DNA of 64,000 nucleotides, taken from assembly GCA_045113315.1 (NCBI GenBank), contig JBGUIX010000010.1, forward strand, positions 3,248 through 67,247, written 5' to 3'. Origin of the DNA: Bacilli bacterium (GTDB lineage: Bacteria; Bacillota_I; Bacilli_A; RFN20; CAG-826). Below the pieces are notes generated by a model. That model saw nothing but the letters and a program-made list of their open reading frames with translations, did no database searches and was not told where the DNA came from. This document shows positions 25,568 through 34,884 of this stretch, piece after piece; within the stretch, counting starts at the first letter, position 1, and each line of letters opens with the position of its first letter. A program made the position numbers and the translations under genes.

Positions 25568-27804
25568 AACTTCGTCAAGTTTTTGATAAGCAGCCCAAAT
25601 AACATCTGCTTTTTCTTTATCAGAAAGCTCTTCACCGATGGATAGATCTTTCCATATAAGGTATTAAATTCATAGATCGGAGTTTCCATCGTATATGGTT
25701 TTTTCTTTTTATAAGGTTTTACTTTTCTACCTAGATAGGAAAAATATGTTTCATTATCAATATGAGTAATATCTTTTGATAAATAAATGTCTTCATTTTC
25801 TTTTAAAGATAATCTCTCACCATTAATATGAATCTTCTTAGTTTCATATATATGATTAGCATCATCATTTAAATAGAAGATATAATCTCCTTCTTCAATC
25901 TTTTCTAAATTAGAGGATGATTCATACACTTTTAAGTCGTCCACTTTAATAGTTAAATTAACTTCTTTTTCTTCTAATGGGGATAACGCTACTTTCTTAT
26001 AAGCTTTTAATTCATATTTGCTATGTGGAAGAGAGCTATTTTCTATTCCAACATATATTTGAGGAACGACTTCGATAGAAATATCACTATCGTTTTTCAC
26101 CTTAAAGGAAACGATTATTTCCTTATTATCCTTATTATTAATATATAAATTATAGAAATGATATTTCCCATACGTTAAACCATAACCAAATGGGAATAAT
26201 ACTTTCTTATCAAAAGAAGAATAATAACGATACCCAACATATATCGATTCTTTATATAGCTCAATTGGAGAAGAGTCGTACTCGCTATAATAAGGAACAT
26301 CTTCATATCTATTCATCCAGGTAAACGCTAAATGGCCAGAAGGAGATGTTTCTCCAAATAATAATTTATAACAAGCTTCTCCACCCATCTCACCAGGTAG
26401 ATTCATAAATAACAAACTATTTAATTTAGCAATAGATGGTATCTCAAAAGGAGATCCACCAAACATGATAAAAACAATCTTTTTATTTTGTTTTACTAAT
26501 TCGTTAATGAGATGGATTTGATTAATAGGAAGTTTCATATCTTTTCGATCAAATCCTTCTGATTCAGATAGATCAGTTAATCCACCGAAGAATAAAATAA
26601 CATCCGCTTCTTTCGCGCCATTAATCGCTTCTATTTCTAATTTAGAATTTATCTTTTCTTTATTTTCTTCATAACCCGGATAGAAACGATATTTTATTTC
26701 ATGGTTATCAAAAGCTTTCTTATTATCAATAACCTCATAAGCATTGATTAAAGATGATCCACCACCTTGATATCTCATCTTATTAAATAGGTCACCAATA
26801 ATGACATATTCTTTGTTCTTATCTAATGGTAAAAGATTATTTTCATTCTTTAATAAGACCGCACTTTTAATAGCGGATTTTAAAGCAATTCCTTTATTTT
26901 TATCAAATATCTGCGGGTTTTTTGATGTTTTTACTCTCGTTTTATTAATTGTTTCTAATAATCTAAAAACTGATTCATCTAAGGTCGCTTCTTTAATTAA
27001 TCCAGACTCAACACCTTTCACTATTTTTAAGATGTTTTCTTCTATCATGCCTGGCATCTCTAAATCTTGAGACATATTTAAAGAGATATCTCTATTTACC
27101 ATTCCACCCCAATCGGTAATGGTTAATCCATCATAATGATATTTATCTCTTAAGATATCTTTTAATAAATATTTATTCTCACTAGCGTGATAACCATTGA
27201 CCTTGTTATAGGCGGTCATGATTAAACCAGGATGAGAATTATTAATAACAATTTGATATCCCTTTAAATATATTTCATTCAAGGCTTTTAGATCGATAAT
27301 CGAATCACCGATATATCGATAATCTTCTAAATTATTACCAGCGTAATGTTTAAGACAGGCTAATACTTTATTTTGCTGTAAGCCATTAACAAAATTAGAG
27401 CATAATGTCCCTGTTAAATATGGATCTTCAGATAAATATTCAAAATTTCTTCCACATAATGGATTTCTTTTAATATTTATCGCTGGCCCTAATAAAACAT
27501 TAATATCGTAATATAAACATTCTTGAGCGATGCTATTTCCAACTTCAAATAATAAATCATTATCAAAAGAACATGCTAAAGCGCTACCTGATGGAAAGCA
27601 AGTCGCTGGTAATGTATGAATGGTGTTATTAATATCAACATTGCCTTCACTTTCTTTTCTAACCCCATTAGGGCCATCGCTCATCGTTAAGCTTGGTATA
27701 GCCAAAGGCTTCACTGGTCGAGTGGCCATATTCTGGTACCCAACTAATAGTGAAGCCTTTTGATAAATAGTGAGTTTTTTTAATAGTTCTTTACTATCAA
27801 GCAT
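25564..27804 (-). CDS. Glycoside hydrolase family 3 (beta-glucosidase-like), cytoplasmic, apparently C-terminally truncated
   Basis: SDGPNGVRK, KHYAGNN, nucleophile region GLTITDWGG and an Fn3-like domain. No signal peptide. The start ATG overlaps the upstream stop (TAATG). Confidence 0.8.
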   Translation of the reverse strand: MLDSKELLKKLTIYQKASLLVGYQNMATRPVKPLAIPSLTMSDGPNGVRKESEGNVDINNTIHTLPATCFPSGSALACSFDNDLLFEVGNSIAQECLYYDINVLLGPAINIKRNPLCGRNFEYLSEDPYLTGTLCSNFVNGLQQNKVLACLKHYAGNNLEDYRYIGDSIIDLKALNEIYLKGYQIVINNSHPGLIMTAYNKVNGYHASENKYLLKDILRDKYHYDGLTITDWGGMVNRDISLNMSQDLEMPGMIEENILKIVKGVESGLIKEATLDESVFRLLETINKTRVKTSKNPQIFDKNKGIALKSAIKSAVLLKNENNLLPLDKNKEYVIIGDLFNKMRYQGGGSSLINAYEVIDNKKAFDNHEIKYRFYPGYEENKEKINSKLEIEAINGAKEADVILFFGGLTDLSESEGFDRKDMKLPINQIHLINELVKQNKKIVFIMFGGSPFEIPSIAKLNSLLFMNLPGEMGGEACYKLLFGETSPSGHLAFTWMNRYEDVPYYSEYDSSPIELYKESIYVGYRYYSSFDKKVLFPFGYGLTYGKYHFYNLYINNKDNKEIIVSFKVKNDSDISIEVVPQIYVGIENSSLPHSKYELKAYKKVALSPLEEKEVNLTIKVDDLKVYESSSNLEKIEEGDYIFYLNDDANHIYETKKIHINGERLSLKENEDIYLSKDITHIDNETYFSYLGRKVKPYKKKKPYTMETPIYEFNTLYGKIYPSVKSFLIKKKQMLFGLLIKNLTKL

Positions 27805-30800
27805 TATTTATTTTTCTTCTTTTTGACTAAGAAGTAAATACCAACTCCAACTCCACCTAAAACGATAACAGAGGCAATAATCACTGGAATCGCCCAGGCT
27901 AAGACGTTAATTGATTGTTTACTTCCACCGCCTTCAGATGTTGAACCACTGGAAGAGGCACCACTTGTTGGATCCTCTGATGTTCCTCCACCATTACTAA
28001 CGGTAATTGTGAATGAAGTATGTTTAGTAATCTCACCAGCGGTATAACTAACATCAACTGTATATGTTCCAGCTTGGTTCATGTTATAACCACTAAATGT
28101 GGCTTCATTTGTGACATCAACTGGATCACCAAATTCAAACTGTGCCATAACAGTTGGTTTTACGAATTCATCACCAACATTATATGTAGTGACTGGATTA
28201 GTAACGCTGATTGACTGTAAATCGTTATGATCGTTAGAAACGATTTCGATATCATAAACATATTTAAATTCAGTATTTAATTTATAAGTAACAGTGATTT
28301 GTTTAATACCGACTTGAGCTTCGGTAAATGGAACGCCTTCGTCTGGTTGCCCAGTAATGACGTAATCGGAAGCATCTAATTCCTCTCTTTGGTTATCGGA
28401 GAAGACTGCTTTGACTGTACCACCGAAGGAGAAATATTCACCAACGATGAAGACGTTTTTCATGCCGCTTACTTCAATACCAACCATGATATGTTGGCTA
28501 GAAGGTTTGACGTTAATTGTATAAGATGTTTCCACACCCAAATAAGTAACTATGACAGATTTTTGTCCAGCGGTTAACATATCAGGAGTTTCCACTTGGA
28601 AACCTGTGCTTATAACATCAAATGCTCCACCACCCCAATTAACTTTAACTTTTAAACCTGAATAGGAGAATGTTTCTCCAAGTTCAAATTCTGTATCGTG
28701 CGTAGAGCTTGTATCAACTTCAATTGATTCAGGTTTCTTTAATGTGACATCTTCATAAATCTCAATATCACTGGTGTTGGCCATTTTGATTTTGCCAGCA
28801 TCAGAATTATAAGACATATATAAATAGTCGGTTTGAGATTTGCTTTCAATATAAACAGTGTCATAAGTATCAGTTCTAGTAATAGAAACTTCCCAAACTG
28901 CCGCTGGAACAACACTGGTGTTATATTCTAATGCTTTTCCATTAGCGGATAGATATTCACCACTATCTAAATCTCTAAACGCCCATCCACCATTAGTGAC
29001 TTTTTCAACTTCAAAGACTTTTTCACCATGTGGACGATATGTAAATTCTTTGACTTCGAAGTTTTCATTATACATTTCTAAATTATCACTACCTGCGGCA
29101 AAGACGACATGATCACCAGCAGTAATAGATGGTGATAATTCGAATTTAGCTTGTGTAACATTAACTGGATAGGTGTCTACGCAGTTGTTATAAACAACTC
29201 TAATTTCTTCTGTATCAGAAGTAATAACTTCAGGATCAAGAGTGTACTTATCACTTGCGACTTCTTCGACTTGATCTGGACCGATACCAGCCGAATCTTT
29301 ATATGTGGCAGTAACCACTAAACCAGTTTTGTTTGTGGTTTCACCAACAAAGTAATCTTTTTGTGCGTTAGTAGCATCCACTGTAATTTCACTACAATAA
29401 TAGCCAGTCACTGTAATTCCAGAAACAGTCACTGTTCTTTCCGCACCACTTAATTGAATACGACCAGTTACGGATGTATTGCCCGCTATTAATGCATCCC
29501 AAGTGACGCTACCAGTAACATCTAAACTGAAGGTTTCAAATGTCGCTGTGATTGTCAAACCAGTGGCATCAAACTCTTCACCTTCGTTATAGGTGTCTTT
29601 AGCTAGTGTTCCACTATAGGAAAGGGAATTAAATTCTTGAGTAACTAATAAGCCGATCTTGTTGTTATTTTCTTGTTGAACGGTACTACCAGAAATAAAT
29701 CCGCCAGAAATATGTTGTAAATATCTACCTTGGGTATCGATTAAATTGAATATTTCAACACCAGAAGTTGGGCGAGAAACAACCCAGTATGTGGTTGGTT
29801 CACTAACAAATGCTAAATATGAAGTGCTATCGCCTTTTTCAACATAGGAGTCACCTTTTCTAATGTAATAAGAGTTATCAGCTTTATTCGCTCTTTCAAA
29901 TAAGAAAACGCTTGAACCGTCACTATAATTAATGTCGGTTACATTATTTCTTGGATTAGTTGTAGACATACCAACTTTAAATGTATAATCGGTAATAATA
30001 TATTCATTAGATGTTAAAACATCATAAACATAGTTATGAACTGTAATTGTACAACTGGCTTGTCTTACGATTGTGCCATCAGATGCGGTACATGTCGCTG
30101 TCGCAACACCTTCACCTTCATAAGTAACAATAACAGTTTGATCACTATCACTATCTAATGATAAGACAGCAGTATCGCTCACTTCCCAATGATAGGATGT
30201 TGGTTCATATCCTGTAGTTGGAGTAGCAGTTAAACTGATACTACCACCAGTAGGACCGCTGGCTTCAGTTTCATTTAAGGTAATGTTTTCATTACCACTA
30301 GCGTATTTGTAGATGGAAACAGGAGTTAAATTAGCAGAAGTTTCAGCATAACAAGAAAATCTATTTGTGCCATTTAATCTAATGATGTTTCTTTCAGCGC
30401 TTGTGCTCACACATTTGATTAAGGCGCTAGTATCGCTATCATCTATAGTGATGTTCCATGAGGATAAATCTGACAATGTGGATTCATATGTCATTAAATT
30501 CTTTGAAGTGGTTTGCGCAGCTAAATATTTATTATTTTCACCAACAAAAGCATAACTACCATCAGAGTATCCGCTCACAACTGTAAGTTCTAAAGCGTCG
30601 GTTGGTAAACCGAGTATTTTTTTGTTATCGGAGGATTTGGTTCCAGTAGCGACATCAAAATAGTCGTCACTTGTGCCGTGTTTTTTGCCCATAACACCTG
30701 TGCTAGCACCAACGCCAGAGATTAATACTTTACTATTAAGTGTTAAATCACTAAGACTCTCAACTAATTTATACGTAGCAATTGCAGGGGCAGCGCTAAC

Positions 30801-31826
30801 ATTAACATTAAATGATGTAGTAACACTTGGCGCATAAGTAACTGTAATTTCTTTGCTACCAATATCTGTAGCCACAAATGTGGTTGGAGATAATGTACAA
30901 GATGATGTGACATTAATTTTTTCGCCGCAATGAGAACATGTTCCCATCACTACTAATCCATCAGTTTCTAAATCATCGCCAACATAATAATCAACTTTTG
31001 TTGGCATATTAGTCACTTCGATAGAAGTAATTGTGGGCTCAACAACACTAATAGGTGTATCACAAGTTAATTCACCATAACTTATTGTTATTTTTTCAGT
31101 TCCTGCGGCTAAAGCACCACTAGGAGAATAAACATAATCAGTAATTTCTTCTTTTGAACCACCTTCATGTGTACCTTCTACATACATGCCTGTAGGATCA
31201 AAGAATTCCCCAGCATGGTAAGAAGTTTTCGTAGGAGCTGTTGTTACCTCAATTTTTGTAATTGGATCAGTAGGAGTTCCACCTTCATAAACAACTTCGA
31301 TTTTATTTAAATATAAAGCTGCTTGAGCTTGAGTTGGTCTACTTACTTCTATAGTGATAGCGCCAGTCTTTTTCGAGGTGGAATTATCATATGTTAATTC
31401 AGTTCCTCCGGTGTCTACGTTATTAGCTAAAACATCACTTTCGGCAACTTTAGTTCCCCCAATTAAAATATGACTTGTTGCATTAGAATTGGCTTTTGCA
31501 GCAGCCCAGACAGAAACTGATTTAACCGTAATTGTGTTAAACGCTGTCGTAGACAAAGTTAAAGAAGTCGCATTTTTTTTACCAGAGCCAACATGAATAT
31601 AAGATGCATTATCATTAATGCTCTCGGCCACATAAGAAAATGACCAAGTATTACTTTTATCATCACTTAAATCACCGGCTTGTGTCACATGGCTTGGTTG
31701 TAAAGTCGCGGTCTCTTCCGCAGCGTTAGCCTTAATAACATTACCAGTCTTAGGCAATAACGCTACCGCTAATAAGGATAAGGACACGCCTGCTAAGACC
31801 GAGGCTAATAATTTTTTATGTCTCAT
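27804..31826 (-). CDS. 1340-aa surface protein with Ig-like repeats and a C-terminal transmembrane anchor
   Basis: N-terminal signal peptide. At least 7 Big_3-type modules (pattern T-x-P-T-K-x-x-Y-x-x-G-E-x-F-D-x-T-G-L) and a Big_2-like module. Three modules of about 130-160 aa of unknown type. Ends with a G/S-rich linker, one TM helix and KKKKNK. No LPXTG. Confidence 0.8.
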   Translation of the reverse strand: MRHKKLLASVLAGVSLSLLAVALLPKTGNVIKANAAEETATLQPSHVTQAGDLSDDKSNTWSFSYVAESINDNASYIHVGSGKKNATSLTLSTTAFNTITVKSVSVWAAAKANSNATSHILIGGTKVAESDVLANNVDTGGTELTYDNSTSKKTGAITIEVSRPTQAQAALYLNKIEVVYEGGTPTDPITKIEVTTAPTKTSYHAGEFFDPTGMYVEGTHEGGSKEEITDYVYSPSGALAAGTEKITISYGELTCDTPISVVEPTITSIEVTNMPTKVDYYVGDDLETDGLVVMGTCSHCGEKINVTSSCTLSPTTFVATDIGSKEITVTYAPSVTTSFNVNVSAAPAIATYKLVESLSDLTLNSKVLISGVGASTGVMGKKHGTSDDYFDVATGTKSSDNKKILGLPTDALELTVVSGYSDGSYAFVGENNKYLAAQTTSKNLMTYESTLSDLSSWNITIDDSDTSALIKCVSTSAERNIIRLNGTNRFSCYAETSANLTPVSIYKYASGNENITLNETEASGPTGGSISLTATPTTGYEPTSYHWEVSDTAVLSLDSDSDQTVIVTYEGEGVATATCTASDGTIVRQASCTITVHNYVYDVLTSNEYIITDYTFKVGMSTTNPRNNVTDINYSDGSSVFLFERANKADNSYYIRKGDSYVEKGDSTSYLAFVSEPTTYWVVSRPTSGVEIFNLIDTQGRYLQHISGGFISGSTVQQENNNKIGLLVTQEFNSLSYSGTLAKDTYNEGEEFDATGLTITATFETFSLDVTGSVTWDALIAGNTSVTGRIQLSGAERTVTVSGITVTGYYCSEITVDATNAQKDYFVGETTNKTGLVVTATYKDSAGIGPDQVEEVASDKYTLDPEVITSDTEEIRVVYNNCVDTYPVNVTQAKFELSPSITAGDHVVFAAGSDNLEMYNENFEVKEFTYRPHGEKVFEVEKVTNGGWAFRDLDSGEYLSANGKALEYNTSVVPAAVWEVSITRTDTYDTVYIESKSQTDYLYMSYNSDAGKIKMANTSDIEIYEDVTLKKPESIEVDTSSTHDTEFELGETFSYSGLKVKVNWGGGAFDVISTGFQVETPDMLTAGQKSVIVTYLGVETSYTINVKPSSQHIMVGIEVSGMKNVFIVGEYFSFGGTVKAVFSDNQREELDASDYVITGQPDEGVPFTEAQVGIKQITVTYKLNTEFKYVYDIEIVSNDHNDLQSISVTNPVTTYNVGDEFVKPTVMAQFEFGDPVDVTNEATFSGYNMNQAGTYTVDVSYTAGEITKHTSFTITVSNGGGTSEDPTSGASSSGSTSEGGGSKQSINVLAWAIPVIIASVIVLGGVGVGIYFLVKKKKNK

Positions 31827-31844
31827 TTTTTATATCCCCTTTCA

Positions 31845-31878
31845 ATAATAAATCCCCCAGCCAATGTAGATTGGGGGT
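31845..31878 (-). terminator. Rho-independent terminator after preA
   Basis: Minus-strand ACCCCCA-12 nt loop-UGGGGG followed by AUUUAUUAUU. Confidence 0.55.
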
Positions 31879-31885
31879 ATAAATA

Positions 31886-33157
31886 TTAGAGTTTTTCAAC
31901 GGTTTCTTGCAAAACCATTTTCTTTAAATTCTTTTCTTTTCTTCCTGGTTTTAAAACTCTTTCACCAGGTTTAATCGCTCCAACTGGGCACACAAGTCCA
32001 CATAATAAACAACCAACACATTTATCATGGTTACAATTTGGACGACGTGTTTCTTTATTCCATTCCATAGCTTGGTGAGCGCCGTCATAACAGGAGATAA
32101 CGCATCTTCCACAGCCAACACATTTATCGGAATTAATTTCTGGATAGACGATATAATCTCTATCAAGTTCTTCCGCTGGAATGATATTTTTATTAGCTAA
32201 TCCGACTAAGTCTTCTAAATGATCGACGCCTTGTTCTTCCATATAGTGCTCTAAGCCGTTTTTCATATCTTCAACGATACGATAGCCATATTGCATAATA
32301 CCTGTGGTAACTTGTAAGTTTTTACAACCTAATAAGATAAATTCTGCAGCATCTTCCCAAGTTTCGATACCACCGATACCGGAGATATCTACATCCTTAA
32401 GTTTTGGATTAGTTTTCATCTGTTGAATAAATCTTAAGGCCACTGGTTTAACAGCTTTACCAGAATAACCAGAAATAGAGGATTTACCATTAATAATTGG
32501 TAAACCAACTTTCTTATCTAAATCAACATTGATAATAGATTTAATGGTGTTAATAGCCGCGATACCATCCGCTCCACCTTCGATAGAAGCGATGGCAGGA
32601 TCACACATATCAGTGATATTTGGTGTCATCTTGGCCATGAATGGTAATTTGGTACTTCTTCTAACAGCCGCGCAGTATTTACGGCAAAGTTCAGGATTAC
32701 TACCAACATCGCTACCCATCGCATGAGAAGTCATCTGTGGACAGGAGAAATTTAATTCAATCATATCCGCACCGGCTTCGGTGACAAGTCTAGCTAATTC
32801 TTCCCAGTCTTTTTCATTACTACCCATAATTGAGGCGATAAGAACGTTATTTGGGAATTCTTTTTTAAGTCTTCTTAAGTCCGCTAAATTTTCTTCTAAA
32901 GAGTGTTCAGCGATCTGTTCCATGTTTTTAAAACCAACAAATGGTTCCGCTTCTTTTGTTAAAGCGTCAAAACGAGGAGAAACTTCATCGATTAAATAAT
33001 GTTTTGGACCAATTGTCTTAAAGACAACTCCACCCCAACCACTACGATAGGCTTTCGCACACATGTCATAGCAGTTACCAACTGGGGAAGATGATAAACA
33101 GAATGGGTTTGGGAATTTAACACCCATGAAGGTAATGGATAAATCTTTTCTAACCAT
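31886..33157 (-). CDS. preA: NAD-dependent dihydropyrimidine dehydrogenase subunit PreA (DHODH-like plus 2x[4Fe-4S])
   Basis: FMN barrel (NFSCPQ, GIAAINT, GIGGI) and a C-terminal ferredoxin domain ([23 protein letters not shown]). Confidence 0.85.
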   Translation of the reverse strand: MVRKDLSITFMGVKFPNPFCLSSSPVGNCYDMCAKAYRSGWGGVVFKTIGPKHYLIDEVSPRFDALTKEAEPFVGFKNMEQIAEHSLEENLADLRRLKKEFPNNVLIASIMGSNEKDWEELARLVTEAGADMIELNFSCPQMTSHAMGSDVGSNPELCRKYCAAVRRSTKLPFMAKMTPNITDMCDPAIASIEGGADGIAAINTIKSIINVDLDKKVGLPIINGKSSISGYSGKAVKPVALRFIQQMKTNPKLKDVDISGIGGIETWEDAAEFILLGCKNLQVTTGIMQYGYRIVEDMKNGLEHYMEEQGVDHLEDLVGLANKNIIPAEELDRDYIVYPEINSDKCVGCGRCVISCYDGAHQAMEWNKETRRPNCNHDKCVGCLLCGLVCPVGAIKPGERVLKPGRKEKNLKKMVLQETVEKL

Positions 33158-34389
33158 TATTTTTTACCTCCTAAAAATCTTTTGACTTCAAAAGCGACTT
33201 CTTTACCGCTTCTGACACCATAAACAACTGTCTTTTCACCATGACCAATGTCACCAGCAAAGAAGACGTTAGTGCCTTCCACACGGCAACCTTTTTGGTT
33301 AACTTCGCCTTTTTCTAAAGTAACACCTAATCCGTTCACATTAGAAACTTGGCCAACCGCTAAGATGATAAGATCAGCTTTAATCTTTAATTCAGCAGGA
33401 ATAACTCTATGTTTAAATTTAACAATTCCGCCTCTAGCCACAGCGGTAGGAACATAACCATCAATGATAGTAACTCCTTCGGCTTGTGCTCCTGTTAATT
33501 CCTTCTTGGAAGCACGGAATTCAGAGAATTGTTCATAAACAACATCGGTAACATGTGGGCATCCTAATAATTTTAAGGATGTGACGACATCCATCGCGAC
33601 GTCACCACCACCGATTACTAAAACATTTTCAGGAACTTTGACATTGCCTTTTCTAGCTTTAGTTTTCTTTAACCAATCAACAGCCTTAATGACTTTACGG
33701 TTATTTTCAAACATTGGTAACATCTTACCTTCGCTAGCACCAACCGCCAAGACAACAGCGTCATTTTCTTTTCTTAATTCTTCAATCTTAACGTCTTCAC
33801 CGACTTTAGTGTTTAAAACAATATCAACACCTAATTCGACAATTCTTTTAATTTCTTTATCAACGATTTCATTTGGTAAACGATATTCAGGAATACCATA
33901 TCTTAAATAGCCACCGGCTTTTGCTTCTTTTTCATAAATTGTCACTTTAAAGCCTTCTTTAGCGAGTTCTGCAGCGACTGTTAAGCCACTAGGACCACTA
34001 CCAATAACGGCGACTTTCTTACCATTAGGTTCTTTAACTTCTAAGATTTCCATTTTGGTGGCATCTTCAAAGTCTGTGATGTAACGTTGAATTCTACCGA
34101 TATCGATTGGTTTATCAATACCGCTTCTGCTACAACCTTCTTGGCAATATCTTTCTGTTGGACATACTCTTGCGCATATCGCCCCTAAGACGTTATTAAT
34201 ACGCACAGTCTCCGCGGCTCCTTTGACGTTTTTGAAACGTAAGGAACGAATAAATTTAGCAGGATCTGTTCCTGCTGGACAACTAGTAGAACATGGAGCG
34301 TCTAAGCATAGTAAACACCTGCTAGCTTCTTCCATAACTAAACGAGGTGTAAAACCGACTTCATATTCTTTTTGGTACTTTTTGGACAT
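33157..34389 (-). CDS. preT: Dihydropyrimidine dehydrogenase subunit PreT (glutamate synthase small-subunit-like)
   Basis: N-terminal Fe-S Cys clusters ([14 protein letters not shown]), [11 protein letters not shown] and [12 protein letters not shown]. The start is set at ATG 34389 because GGAGG lies 8 nt upstream. Confidence 0.85.
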   Translation of the reverse strand: MSKKYQKEYEVGFTPRLVMEEASRCLLCLDAPCSTSCPAGTDPAKFIRSLRFKNVKGAAETVRINNVLGAICARVCPTERYCQEGCSRSGIDKPIDIGRIQRYITDFEDATKMEILEVKEPNGKKVAVIGSGPSGLTVAAELAKEGFKVTIYEKEAKAGGYLRYGIPEYRLPNEIVDKEIKRIVELGVDIVLNTKVGEDVKIEELRKENDAVVLAVGASEGKMLPMFENNRKVIKAVDWLKKTKARKGNVKVPENVLVIGGGDVAMDVVTSLKLLGCPHVTDVVYEQFSEFRASKKELTGAQAEGVTIIDGYVPTAVARGGIVKFKHRVIPAELKIKADLIILAVGQVSNVNGLGVTLEKGEVNQKGCRVEGTNVFFAGDIGHGEKTVVYGVRSGKEVAFEVKRFLGGKK

Positions 34390-34564
34390 TATTAACCCCT
34401 CCATAAAAAGTATTAAGAATTATTCTTTGTCTATATTCTATCAAAGGATTTATTTTTATTAAATAAAAGAATAATAGCTAATTATTAATAATAAGATATT
34501 ATCTCATCAATAATTTTTTTTAATCTTTGATTAATAAAAAATCTGTCTCATATTTTTGAACATT

Positions 34565-34593
34565 TTGGAATTTTCACTCCCTATTTGTATAGT
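34565..34593 (+). promoter_or_regulatory. Candidate sigma-A promoter for the small-ORF transcript
   Basis: TTGGAA (34565-34570), 17-nt spacer, TATAGT (34588-34593). Predicted TSS near 34600. Confidence 0.35.
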
Positions 34594-34616
34594 AGGAGGA
34601 TATTTTATCTTCCTCG

Positions 34617-34791
34617 TAGTTACGTATAGGCGCTTTCGCCGACTGTTCGCTAGGTAGGCCGGAAAGAACAAAGGAGGAAGTGATTATGGAAATTATCATA
34701 GTTTTCATGACTTTACTACTATTGATGCTAGTAGAAGTAAATAAAACAGGAAGTAAGTAACCAACTTATAAATCCTGCCTATACGTAACTA
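34617..34791 (+). repeat. Perfect 15-bp inverted repeat TAGTTACGTATAGGC / GCCTATACGTAACTA bracketing the small ORF
   Basis: Arms at 34617-34631 and 34777-34791. Read directly from the sequence. Confidence 0.85.
34686..34760 (+). CDS. 24-aa hydrophobic peptide MEIIIVFMTLLLLMLVEVNKTGSK (type-I-toxin-like small ORF)
   Basis: Strong SD AAGGAGGAAG (34671-34680) 5 nt before the ATG (the GGAGG core ends 8 nt before it). The peptide is a hydrophobic helix plus a polar tail. A perfect anti-SD CTTCCTC at 34609-34615 lies in the predicted 5' UTR. Confidence 0.45.
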   Translation: MEIIIVFMTLLLLMLVEVNKTGSK

Positions 34792-34830
34792 TTGTTACAT
34801 CTTTATTTTATATTATTGACTTGATTAAGC

Positions 34831-34863
34831 AAGAAAAAAGTTGCCCACATAATATGGACAACT
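34831..34863 (-). terminator. Rho-independent terminator of the 153-aa lipoprotein gene
   Basis: Minus-strand AGUUGUCCA-7 nt loop-UGGGCAACU followed by UUUUUUCUU. Confidence 0.7.
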
Positions 34864-34884
34864 CTTAGATCAATAATTAATTAA

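Noticed and set aside
34640-34685. SRP-RNA-like GGCCGGAAAG segment in the small-ORF leader
   Set aside because: The GGAA tetraloop is not closed by complementary bases, and the flanking conserved AGCA/GGUC elements of SRP RNA domain IV are missing.
34566-34700. 44-codon minus-strand ORF (MKTMIISIITSSF...) overlapping the small-ORF leader
   Set aside because: It has no SD and its start lies inside the plus-strand ORF. Its composition simply mirrors the structured leader.
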